55,791 nucleotides of DNA from a virus (taxonomy: Duplodnaviria; Caudoviricetes). The DNA lies in IMG/VR virus record IMGVR_UViG_3300047476_001434, positions 1 to 55,791 of that record; one strand, given 5' to 3'. A program made the position numbers and the translations under genes. How positions within the stretch are numbered: the first letter of the stretch is position 1; each line of letters opens with the position of its first letter. The notes below the pieces were generated by a model. It was given only the letters and a program-made list of their open reading frames with translations. It had not been told where the DNA came from and ran no database searches. This document shows, piece after piece, positions 19,294 to 28,240 of this stretch.

Positions 19294-19809
19294 ATGAAAA
19301 ACCAAGATATATTAAATAATATTAATGAGATGAAATACCTTTTTGGGTACCAAAGAGGTAAAGTTATATCTGAACAATACATAAATGAAGAAGGTGAAGT
19401 TCAAGACTTTGTTGTGGGAGGAACCCAAAGTGTGAGTGTTGGTCCAACAACCACTCTTGCGGTTACTTCAACCCCTACTGCGGCGGCTTCAACAACAACT
19501 AAAACTACAAGAAAGGCGACAGGTCTTGAAGTACAAAAACTTTTGAACACTAAATATAACTTAGGATTAAAAGAAGACGGTGTGATAGGTCCATTAACTA
19601 GAGGAGCAATTATGACCGCATTAGAAGGAGGAAGTGTGGCTTCTTCATCAGGTTCGGCTTCAACTACCGCATCAACTACAGTTGCAGGTTCAACTACTTC
19701 GACAACAACAGTTGCGGGAACAACAACTCAAACATCAACTGCGGCGGCTGCTGGTAGTGGAGGTGTTGACACAAGTAAACCAGGTGGAGATGCAAGTGCA
19801 TTATTCTAA
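19294..19809 (+). CDS. PG-binding-like, Ser/Thr-rich small protein
   Basis: EVQKLLNTKYNLGLKEDGVIGPLTRGAI flanked by S/T tracts. Confidence 0.65.
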   Translation: MKNQDILNNINEMKYLFGYQRGKVISEQYINEEGEVQDFVVGGTQSVSVGPTTTLAVTSTPTAAASTTTKTTRKATGLEVQKLLNTKYNLGLKEDGVIGPLTRGAIMTALEGGSVASSSGSASTTASTTVAGSTTSTTTVAGTTTQTSTAAAAGSGGVDTSKPGGDASALF

Positions 19810-19826
19810 AAAAAAATAAAAAAATA

Positions 19827-19856
19827 AAAAAAAAGACCGAGAAATCGGTCTTTTTT
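19827..19856. terminator. Bidirectional intrinsic terminator
   Basis: A run-gaccga-GAAA-tcggtc-T run between convergent genes. Confidence 0.88.
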
Positions 19857-20100
19857 AGTTTATATCCATATCTTTATCAGATTCATCCTCAACCCTACTT
19901 AATATTCTGATACATTTAGAAATAACTTCAGACTCACCCAAAGTATAAGCATTCATATTATAGGCATATCTAACCGACTCTACTAACAAAAAAATTGCTC
20001 GTTCTCTATCCATAGAATCCAAAAGAGCTTCTAAATGGGTTTCATCTTGTAGTACAATCTTATTAAATAATTTACCGTATATATTGTTGTTATCGGTCAT
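19855..20100 (-). CDS. Hypothetical protein
   Basis: ATG 20100 (MTDNN), 4 nt after the upstream stop. Confidence 0.65.
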   Translation of the reverse strand: MTDNNNIYGKLFNKIVLQDETHLEALLDSMDRERAIFLLVESVRYAYNMNAYTLGESEVISKCIRILSRVEDESDKDMDIN

Positions 20101-20104
20101 AATG

Positions 20105-20533
20105 TTAGTTCTCAAAGGATTTATTTACCTTATCTAATATTGTAGATAAGGAATGGTTTATTTGTGATTTGATTTGGTTTTCCAAATCAATACGTATTTT
20201 CTCAGTCTTATTATCATACATCGATTCTAATCTATCCCATTCTCTTTCAGGTAGTTTGACATCATAATGATAAATATGATTTGTAAGACTAACTCTTCTG
20301 TCGTCAAGTATTACAAATAAATCCAAAGTAGAATTCTTTATATAACGTTTACCCGATAATGGGGCAATTAAGAATTTTGAATCCTGATGTCTAATTAAAC
20401 ATCTACATATACTAAGACAAGTTTTTTCATTATCATTTAAGGAGTCCTCTAAAGGTCTCATCATTCCGTACTTAGTTTTCAATATCCATTTAACACGGAA
20501 TTGTTTAATATATTTTCTTATTCTGTCTATCAT
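20105..20533 (-). CDS. Hypothetical protein
   Basis: ATG 20533 (MIDRIRK) immediately downstream of a host-type promoter. Confidence 0.65.
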   Translation of the reverse strand: MIDRIRKYIKQFRVKWILKTKYGMMRPLEDSLNDNEKTCLSICRCLIRHQDSKFLIAPLSGKRYIKNSTLDLFVILDDRRVSLTNHIYHYDVKLPEREWDRLESMYDNKTEKIRIDLENQIKSQINHSLSTILDKVNKSFEN

Positions 20534-20537
20534 AGTA

Positions 20538-20569
20538 CAAATATACGAATAAAGTAACATAAAAAACAA
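20538..20569 (-). promoter_or_regulatory. Bacteroidota housekeeping-sigma promoter (-33 TTG / -7 TAnnTTTG)
   Basis: Minus strand reads TTG-N21-TATATTTG, then 4 nt, then ATG. Confidence 0.65.
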
Positions 20570-20610
20570 GTGTCAAGACTTTTTTTTATAAAATAAAATA
20601 TTTATCATAT

Positions 20611-21234
20611 ATGGACAAAGAAATTATCAGAAAAGTTTTAAACGAATATGTTAACGAGTCAAGTACTAATATTACCGCAGGACTTTATAACGGTCCTATG
20701 GAAATTGGTGCTAAGAAATGGAAAAATTCTGAATTAGGTCCATTTACTGAATTTGTTAAAAACAAACATAATAAAACCCAAATAAAAAAAACAACAAAAA
20801 AAAATATTAAAAGAACCGTTGGGGTTTGGGAAAAAAATAATGATGGGTCATATAATGTTGAGACTGAAGATGTTCATACTATTAATGAAGATTTAGGAGT
20901 TTGGTTTGGTACCAAGAAGAAACCTAAGGGTTCTAAACAACCTAAAGGTCCTTGGGTTAATATTTGTCGAAAAGTTGACGGTAAACATCCTCCATGTGGT
21001 AGACCTGACACAAATAAAGGTGGTTATCCTAAATGTAGAGCCGCAGGAGTTGCTGGTAAAATGAGTGATTCTCAGAAAAAAGCCGCGTGTCAACAAAAAA
21101 GAACTGCCGAGAAAAAAGACACACAAACAGGCAAGGGTCAGAAACCTATAATGACATCGTACAAAACAAAAAAGAAAAAGACCCAAAATGAGTCTTTATC
21201 TAAAATTATAAAAAATATTTTATCTGAATATTAA
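20611..21234 (+). CDS. Basic hypothetical protein with a WF..W..CGR..YPKCR motif
   Basis: 207-aa ORF; TATTTAT at 20599-20605; leader MDKEIIRKVLNE. Confidence 0.7.
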   Translation: MDKEIIRKVLNEYVNESSTNITAGLYNGPMEIGAKKWKNSELGPFTEFVKNKHNKTQIKKTTKKNIKRTVGVWEKNNDGSYNVETEDVHTINEDLGVWFGTKKKPKGSKQPKGPWVNICRKVDGKHPPCGRPDTNKGGYPKCRAAGVAGKMSDSQKKAACQQKRTAEKKDTQTGKGQKPIMTSYKTKKKKTQNESLSKIIKNILSEY

Positions 21235-21695
21235 CAGTAAGGAGATGAACATCTCTTTTTACCGTCAAGACCTGGTTTTTTACCTTTACATACTTGAACT
21301 GCATAACCATTAGCATAAGCACTTGGGTATACGTCAAATTTAGATTTTGCGGCGGCTTTACCTCTTGAGCAAAGTTTAGTACCTGATTTTTTTCTTCCTT
21401 CCATCATTACCGTATCTTTATCATCTATAGACATAGATAACTCCATACCATCTTTCTTTGATTCGTTCATAATAAAATCGAATACTTGGTCTAAAGTGTT
21501 TTTAGACTCGGCAATGTGGTCTTGAGCCCAATCATGACCGTTCTCCAAAATAGACTCGACCATATCACGGTCTAAGTCTAATAATAAATCACATTGTCTT
21601 CTCATTTGTTCTAAGTTTGAGAAGAACATGTATCGACTACTTTCGTAAGCCTCTTCTTTTAATACTCGTTTAATTATATTATTTAAATTTTTCAT
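21231..21695 (-). CDS. Hypothetical protein with a KFDVYPSAYAN motif
   Basis: 154-aa ORF convergent with 20611-21234; leader MKNLNNIIKRVLKE. Confidence 0.7.
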   Translation of the reverse strand: MKNLNNIIKRVLKEEAYESSRYMFFSNLEQMRRQCDLLLDLDRDMVESILENGHDWAQDHIAESKNTLDQVFDFIMNESKKDGMELSMSIDDKDTVMMEGRKKSGTKLCSRGKAAAKSKFDVYPSAYANGYAVQVCKGKKPGLDGKKRCSSPYC

Positions 21696-22009
21696 ATATC
21701 TTCTTTTCCTAAGTTTAATGATTTAACATAAGCTCTATCTACATAGTCTATAAATTTCTTACCATAAATTTTGGCCATCCTATCCATAATTAATTGTGGA
21801 TTTTTTCTCATATACCTAATTATGTCAGGAGGAATTTGGTCCTCATATTTACCAAAGATAGACTCAATCTCTTTTTCTCTTGGTTGTTTCCTAACATTTG
21901 GTTCCACGGTAAATGAAGGTAAAATACCAATAGTATCGTCGTTTTCTTTGATAATACTATTGATAATTCTTTTAATATCAGATTCTGTAATCTTAACTAT
22001 TCTTTTCAT
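21692..22009 (-). CDS. Hypothetical protein
   Basis: ATG 22009 (MKRIVKITESDIKRIINSIIKE). Confidence 0.65.
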   Translation of the reverse strand: MKRIVKITESDIKRIINSIIKENDDTIGILPSFTVEPNVRKQPREKEIESIFGKYEDQIPPDIIRYMRKNPQLIMDRMAKIYGKKFIDYVDRAYVKSLNLGKEDI

Positions 22010-22013
22010 ATTA

Positions 22014-24764
22014 TTAACTATAATATCCATTAGTTCCTCCTAATTGAACTGCGTCTAACTGAATAATTGTTCTAAGTCTACCAGCTCCATCAGTTCCACC
22101 ACTTGTCCATACAGGATGAGGAGGGTTAATTGTTACAGTGTTACCACTACAATCTAAAATACATATAGGTTGTTCTGTATTTGCACTGTATATAAAATAA
22201 GTATTATCTAATCGACATTGTTGTTGATTTAAGTAAAATTCAACTAAAGGAAATTCATCTCCTGTGTTACCAATAGGACATGTGTTAATTACTGTATAAC
22301 ATGTTCCATTTGTATCACTGATAATAGGTTGGGAAATTCCATTTAAACCAGTAATTTCCAACCATTGGGGTAATGTTACACTTACATAAGAGGGTACCAA
22401 TGTGTCACAGTTGATTACTGTAATACCTACAGTTGCGTTTTGTTGACATTCTTCACAAGTTCCGTATGATGACATATTTTCACCCTCAAAAATTATATCA
22501 GGAACACCATATGACGATTCGTTCCATGTATCGATAATTTCAAAACATAACCAATCAGAGTTACCCCAATGAGATTTAACGAATTCACCTACCGAATAAA
22601 CACCTGATGGTGCCACAAATAATCCAGTTATACCTAAATTACACTCTTCACAATAAAACGTTTCATAAGTAGTAGAACTACAATCTAAACAAGACCCTGA
22701 TGATATTAAACTATAGAAAGTATGGTCACCATCTAAATCAGCTCTAACTCCTGTAACTTCACAACAAACACTATAAATTGGATGGTAAAATGAATCCCCT
22801 ATTTGAACATATTCGTAACTATCTATTGACCCGTTTAAAAAATCAAAAGTTTCACCAAGAGTATATATAGTGTAATATGACACAAAATAAACATTTCCAG
22901 AATTATTAAAAATTCCTTTAACTTGATTGACATCACCAATATTATTGTTATATATATTTATAATTGTATTAGTTAAAGAATCTATCACATAGATAGCGTT
23001 TTCACAATAATCGGTTACGTATAATTTACTATTTACTGAATCAAATAATATTGTTTTGTCGCAACAACAACTATTAAAACCAGGACTAAAGTTTGTTAAA
23101 CTTGTTGTTGAAATATTGAATAATGAATACTGAGTTGACTGACCTGCCAAATATATAGAGGTTCCTCCTGCATAACTCATTGATGTTATTCCATATCCTA
23201 CATTTATAGTATTAAGTAAGTTATATGAAACGGCATCACGTATTAATATTGTTCCATTTATACATGAAAAATATAAGTTTGAGCCAATCTGAATAACTGA
23301 GGTTGGCCAAACACTTCCTATGTAATATGTCGTATTTAATGTGTATGAGTTATATGCGGTAATACTATAAACCGTAAAGAAATCATTACCCGCACTATAA
23401 TTTCTCCATGTTATGTAAAATCTACTATCATTTTGGTTAAAATATACATATGTCGGATAACTAGACGACCCTACTGGGTTAGGTACTACCGTAGTTAATC
23501 CTGTTGAAATGTCAATAATAGCGAATGTATTACCGTAGTAGTTAGCAACGACTAAAATTCCGTTATTCTCATCAAGGGATAATGAACGAGGATTACCACC
23601 ACCTGTACCCCATGAATTTAAAAGAGTGTTAGTGTTTAAATCGATAACTGAAACTTGACTTGAATACTCACTTGTTACATACGCGTAGTTAGTATTAGAA
23701 TCAACAACCATTGAATTACCACCATAAGACCCTGTTGAAGTGATATTCTCAAGAATTAGTTGGGTTATTTCGGTACACGTTGTAAAATCATAAGTAACTC
23801 CATGACACTCAATACAGTTCTCACAATCCGCGTGAGGGTCAAAATCCGCTAATTCTGAATATGTTATTCCTGTTGACGGGTCGGCGGGACCTGTTATTTC
23901 ATAACAACCCTGACCTGTTGAGATATTTGTTGCCTCACCAACACTAAACAATGCGGACGCCCATACAACATCTTCATGACCATCAAGACAATTAGTGATG
24001 ATAGTTTTTTCAGCTACTGTTGCAAGACAATCTTCACATGTAATTCCTGTACTTTCAGGGTTCCCAAGGTCAGTAACTACAATACCAGTGATAGGATTTC
24101 CCTGAATAATTTCTTTAACCGTACCACAAAATTGAGTAATCTCACCTAAGTCGGTAAAGGTGATTAAGTGGTTTGAGTATGTGTTATTAGGTAATGCGAC
24201 ATAATATACGTCAGACGTTAAACACTCATATACTTCGTAAATAATCGGACTAATAGCCAAACAAGTCTCACAATCTGTTTGTGTTGTTGCTGAGAATAAT
24301 GTTGCAAATCGTATCCTATTAGGGTCAGTAAATGACTTTTCTTTAAACTCAAAACAACCGTTGTATCTTTCATTACCCCCAAATTTACCCGATAAATAAA
24401 AATCGAGATAAAAAACATCACCGATAGTTGGTGTTGGGGTAAAATCGGTGGTATTAAAATACACTTCACCAAACACTCCAGAACAATCTGTAAAGATTAA
24501 AGTGTTTGAATTTACATCTAAACATTCTTGACATCCCTCTATCCCGTAAGAACCAAGGACAACCGCATTAGGTGTTAACACGTCGGTATTTTTTTCACCA
24601 AGAATTGTATAACAATTATATGGTATTGGTTTTCTTGACTCACTAGTACCACTAAATAGGTATGTATTACCAACAATTAATGTTGATGAGGGGTCATCAA
24701 AATAAGCCCCGTATTGATTTCCTGATGCACAATCCTGTATATTAAAATATCTAATATTTGCCAT
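22014..24764 (-). CDS. Cys-rich repeat protein with a YVTN/YncE-like beta-propeller, probably structural
   Basis: Repeated modules ending in CxxC; blades YAYVTS..SQVSVIDLNTN and KLYVTD..NAIYVIDSLTNTII. Confidence 0.7.
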   Translation of the reverse strand: MANIRYFNIQDCASGNQYGAYFDDPSSTLIVGNTYLFSGTSESRKPIPYNCYTILGEKNTDVLTPNAVVLGSYGIEGCQECLDVNSNTLIFTDCSGVFGEVYFNTTDFTPTPTIGDVFYLDFYLSGKFGGNERYNGCFEFKEKSFTDPNRIRFATLFSATTQTDCETCLAISPIIYEVYECLTSDVYYVALPNNTYSNHLITFTDLGEITQFCGTVKEIIQGNPITGIVVTDLGNPESTGITCEDCLATVAEKTIITNCLDGHEDVVWASALFSVGEATNISTGQGCYEITGPADPSTGITYSELADFDPHADCENCIECHGVTYDFTTCTEITQLILENITSTGSYGGNSMVVDSNTNYAYVTSEYSSQVSVIDLNTNTLLNSWGTGGGNPRSLSLDENNGILVVANYYGNTFAIIDISTGLTTVVPNPVGSSSYPTYVYFNQNDSRFYITWRNYSAGNDFFTVYSITAYNSYTLNTTYYIGSVWPTSVIQIGSNLYFSCINGTILIRDAVSYNLLNTINVGYGITSMSYAGGTSIYLAGQSTQYSLFNISTTSLTNFSPGFNSCCCDKTILFDSVNSKLYVTDYCENAIYVIDSLTNTIINIYNNNIGDVNQVKGIFNNSGNVYFVSYYTIYTLGETFDFLNGSIDSYEYVQIGDSFYHPIYSVCCEVTGVRADLDGDHTFYSLISSGSCLDCSSTTYETFYCEECNLGITGLFVAPSGVYSVGEFVKSHWGNSDWLCFEIIDTWNESSYGVPDIIFEGENMSSYGTCEECQQNATVGITVINCDTLVPSYVSVTLPQWLEITGLNGISQPIISDTNGTCYTVINTCPIGNTGDEFPLVEFYLNQQQCRLDNTYFIYSANTEQPICILDCSGNTVTINPPHPVWTSGGTDGAGRLRTIIQLDAVQLGGTNGYYS
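22105..22187. repeat. 83-bp direct repeat, copy 1 (copy 2 at 24867-24949)
   Basis: 79/83 identical by manual alignment. Confidence 0.9.
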
Positions 24765-24775
24765 TTTGTTTTTTT

Positions 24776-24967
24776 TTAATTATAAAATCCGTTTTTACCT
24801 CCTAGCTCAACACTATCTAATTGTATAACGGTTCTTAAATTACCGTTTTCGTCAGTACCACCCGTAGTCCATACAGGATGAGGAGGGTTAATTGTGACAG
24901 TGTTACCACTACAATCTATAATACATATTGGTTGTTCTGTATTAGCACTAAAAATTTCTTCCGCCAT
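24776..24967 (-). CDS. 63-aa paralog of the C-terminal module of 22014-24764
   Basis: SANTEQPICIIDCSGNTVTINPPHPVWT... versus SANTEQPICILDCSGNTVTINPPHPVWT... Confidence 0.8.
   Translation of the reverse strand: MAEEIFSANTEQPICIIDCSGNTVTINPPHPVWTTGGTDENGNLRTVIQLDSVELGGKNGFYN
24867..24949. repeat. 83-bp direct repeat, copy 2
   Basis: Matches 22105-22187. Confidence 0.9.
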
Positions 24968-24969
24968 TT

Positions 24970-26430
24970 TTATTTTTTGTTTACTATTTGAAATTTTATT
25001 TGTCTTTTATATGTGTTGACTTCTCCTGAAGACTCGACTTTTAAATCAATAAAATATTCATTTGGTATTTTGTCTCTGGTGTCAAATATAAAATAATACT
25101 CATTTGGTGTTCTGTTAACCATAGTCCACTCTTGTACTTGTACTTCAGTTTGACCTTCCTTCACGTATACCCTATAATAAATATCAACTTTTTGTAATAA
25201 TTTTTGAGTGGTAAACGCCTGTTTAACTACAACACCAACTTTTCTAACGTCCGTATTTAAAATTTTCTCATCTTGTTTAATTCCGTAATAATCAAACCCA
25301 TAAATTTTAGGTTCAACTGAATTTGTACCTATTTGGATAGAATTTTTAAAAGGGTATAAAGTGAAATCATTTAAAATGGGATTAATTGTAAATCCATTTA
25401 ATGTTAGGTTATACCATCTATCTGAGAAAGTACACGGGGTTTTATAACCTATTAATGGAGGTACTGTTACCTCATAAACACCCATAGTTTTTCTACAGGT
25501 CGGTAATTGAGTTAATATGGGAGTACCTGAGTTATCTAAAATATCAACAAAAGGTAGATTGTCTAAATTGATGGGATTCCCATCTTCGTATAAATAAAGA
25601 TATAATTTGTTTGTTTTACCTAACGTGAATAAATTTCTATCATCATCAATTAAGTCATCATAATTAGTTTCTAAAAATGGTTCGTAGAATGTTTGAGTAT
25701 GACGAGTAAAAAATTGGACTTCGTAAGCGTCTGATAACCCTGTTAGATTTTCTAGTTCAGGTTTGTATGCAACACCCCACCCAACAATATTAGTTAAAGA
25801 ACCATCTAATATTGAATTTATTTCATTTGTCATATCAAATTGAATATCCTCATTCCCAAATTCAAAATGTTGAGTGTCAATAATAGTTATTGCACTAAAC
25901 GGTACATTCCCTAAATTTTTATTGTTGTAAATACCAGGTTCTGACCAATCATTTATTGTGGTTCTTTGAAAATAATTTGACGGTCTTGTGGAATAGTTTC
26001 TATCGTAATCGATTTCGTATTGTAAATCGGCAAAATCATAACCAACGCCCTCGTCCCATGTTTGAGGTGTTGATGGGTCGTCATTAAGATAAGGTATTCT
26101 AAATAATATTAAGTCAAACGATGTCGCTCTTTGTCTTGATTGGGAAGTTGTGGTATTTAGTAATTCAGGGTTAAACGTTGAGGTGTTAGTCATTCTTAAC
26201 GTATGTTTTACAGATTGACCAATACAATTTATACCAATTGTTCCATTGGAGACCTTCTCAATTAATAAATCTAAATCCAAATTAAAGATAAAACGACTAA
26301 ACCCACTAGGGTATTCTGAAGTTGCCAATTCACCATAAAAAATTTCGGTAACAGGGTTTCTTCCCGTGTTGGTAAAACTGTTTGAAACTATAGTATTATT
26401 CCTACTAAAATATGAATTATTTATTGACAT
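24970..26430 (-). CDS. Hypothetical, probably structural protein
   Basis: ATG 26430 lies 15 nt after a minus-strand TATTTAT (26446-26452); beta-rich sequence; WDEGVGYD motif. Confidence 0.7.
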   Translation of the reverse strand: MSINNSYFSRNNTIVSNSFTNTGRNPVTEIFYGELATSEYPSGFSRFIFNLDLDLLIEKVSNGTIGINCIGQSVKHTLRMTNTSTFNPELLNTTTSQSRQRATSFDLILFRIPYLNDDPSTPQTWDEGVGYDFADLQYEIDYDRNYSTRPSNYFQRTTINDWSEPGIYNNKNLGNVPFSAITIIDTQHFEFGNEDIQFDMTNEINSILDGSLTNIVGWGVAYKPELENLTGLSDAYEVQFFTRHTQTFYEPFLETNYDDLIDDDRNLFTLGKTNKLYLYLYEDGNPINLDNLPFVDILDNSGTPILTQLPTCRKTMGVYEVTVPPLIGYKTPCTFSDRWYNLTLNGFTINPILNDFTLYPFKNSIQIGTNSVEPKIYGFDYYGIKQDEKILNTDVRKVGVVVKQAFTTQKLLQKVDIYYRVYVKEGQTEVQVQEWTMVNRTPNEYYFIFDTRDKIPNEYFIDLKVESSGEVNTYKRQIKFQIVNKK

Positions 26431-26452
26431 CAATTTCTTTATTAAATAAATA

Positions 26453-28030
26453 TCAATTAATTCTGATATTTTGATTTAATATAGAATTTTCAGCATCGGC
26501 TAAAATTTGGTCAATTTCACTTGTACTTTGTAGGTTACCTGCTGCGATAGGTACAGGAGGCATTGTTGAGGTCGGGTGCACGTGACCTTTAATGTATAAG
26601 AATATTTTTCTAAGTAGAATCATTAATTCATCACCTCTAACTGTTGGGTAGGTTTGATTAAATATTGTTTTACTATCTTGACCAATAAAATTATTTTGGT
26701 CTAAACCATATAAAGAACTCCTAAGTTTTGTACTTTCGTTACCTTTAGGACCCTCAGAATCTTGAGATATTAGATATAGTCTTTGAGCTCCAAGGACCCC
26801 ATAAGATATCGATGAACCCTCAAAATCGTAAGGGGTAACGGTATCCGTTATTACTTCACTTTGAGGACCGATTAAAGGTTTACCATTTTTATTTTCAGAC
26901 ACTAAGAAAAATCCACTAGATACTTTACCCGTGTTAGATTTAATTTTATTATAAAATTTTATATAATTATTTAATTCTGATATATCATTAGTTGTTGTTG
27001 ATTCAGAAAATTTATTACCCTTTAAATAAGAATCTGAAGATGGTGTTACAATAAATGGGAATTGGTCAGTTACCGTATATACAGGGTATGGAGAAACATT
27101 AATATTACTAGTGAACACACCGTCAATATACTTGTTTATAATAAAGACCGCATCATCAAATGATTTACCATTAAATCTAATTTCGTTTAGTAAAGTATAG
27201 TCTGAACCTGGACTTAACTCAGTTATTGTTTTAGGTTTAAAATTTTTGGTATTAACTCTGTCTGAATTTGGGGTTACAGTATATAAACCAACAGTACCGT
27301 TAAAGACATTTTGAGTGTTTTCTAAATTCTCAATATTCCATATAACCATTTTTTTAACTACTTTGACAATTTCTTTTAAACTAACCCTAACTTCAGGTTC
27401 TAAATTTTTCTTAGTTCTTGAGAATAAAGATAGTTGTAAAAAGGCTCTATTTGGATTACCGACAGGTATTGTACTTTTACTTAAAGGGTCAATTACTTTG
27501 CCCGCTCTAACTAATACAGTATCTTTTTTAACTATTACATCAGCATTACCCCTTCCTAACAAACTGTTATCACCAGGTTCAGGGAATATACCTTTTGTTT
27601 TTTCGGAGTCTCGATAAGTACCATCAGGATTTTTTAAACTACGGCCTTCTTTGATTTGAGTTCCAGCCGCGGTAAACGCTTTAGACCCTTCGTAATACTC
27701 AAATGGAGTAGTTAAAGGTGATGAGAATGGTCCCTGAATATAATATTTGTTTTCATTATCAAACTTCTTATTCTGATAGATTATGTGAACATATTCATTT
27801 ATTTCGGGTACTGTGTTAAAATAAAAAGGTAGTAAAGGGAAATATACTATGGGGTCCTCACTTGTCCAAGCTTTAGTTTCGTTCCACCCCTCAACTGAAT
27901 TGATTAATGTCTCATAATCTAAATAAGGCGCGGGTATAACTCTGAGTCTACCTAACATCATAGGGTCTTTATTATCATAAACCTGACCTTGGAAGATTAT
28001 TTGATGTTTATTTTGTTCAGTAATTTTCAT
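26453..28030 (-). CDS. Baseplate hub/spike protein (gp5/VgrG OB-fold-like)
   Basis: N-terminal GQVYDNKDPMMLGRLRV and VPEINEYVHI; C-terminal HVH motif typical of spike tips. Confidence 0.65.
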   Translation of the reverse strand: MKITEQNKHQIIFQGQVYDNKDPMMLGRLRVIPAPYLDYETLINSVEGWNETKAWTSEDPIVYFPLLPFYFNTVPEINEYVHIIYQNKKFDNENKYYIQGPFSSPLTTPFEYYEGSKAFTAAGTQIKEGRSLKNPDGTYRDSEKTKGIFPEPGDNSLLGRGNADVIVKKDTVLVRAGKVIDPLSKSTIPVGNPNRAFLQLSLFSRTKKNLEPEVRVSLKEIVKVVKKMVIWNIENLENTQNVFNGTVGLYTVTPNSDRVNTKNFKPKTITELSPGSDYTLLNEIRFNGKSFDDAVFIINKYIDGVFTSNINVSPYPVYTVTDQFPFIVTPSSDSYLKGNKFSESTTTNDISELNNYIKFYNKIKSNTGKVSSGFFLVSENKNGKPLIGPQSEVITDTVTPYDFEGSSISYGVLGAQRLYLISQDSEGPKGNESTKLRSSLYGLDQNNFIGQDSKTIFNQTYPTVRGDELMILLRKIFLYIKGHVHPTSTMPPVPIAAGNLQSTSEIDQILADAENSILNQNIRIN

Positions 28031-28239
28031 TTTTTAATTCTTGAGTCGTATTCTTTTTTTATTGTATTATAAGTTACTTCTAATTTATCTAAATGATGAG
28101 TTAATTTAATTAATGTTTCTTTTGTCGAATTAAAATCCTCATTGATAAAGTCCATCACAAACTGTAAATCTTTATTTGAAAAAGATTTGTAATCTTTTAT
28201 TATCTTTAATGCTTTTTCCGCATTTTCTTTTTTTGTCAT
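28027..28239 (-). CDS. Small coiled-coil hypothetical protein
   Basis: ATG 28239 (MTKKENA), tightly coupled to both neighbours. Confidence 0.6.
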   Translation of the reverse strand: MTKKENAEKALKIIKDYKSFSNKDLQFVMDFINEDFNSTKETLIKLTHHLDKLEVTYNTIKKEYDSRIKK

Positions 28240-28240
28240 A

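Noticed and set aside
22105-24949. Diversity-generating retroelement TR/VR pair
   Set aside because: Mismatches are not confined to adenines of one copy, are mostly synonymous, both copies are coding, and no reverse transcriptase is in the window.
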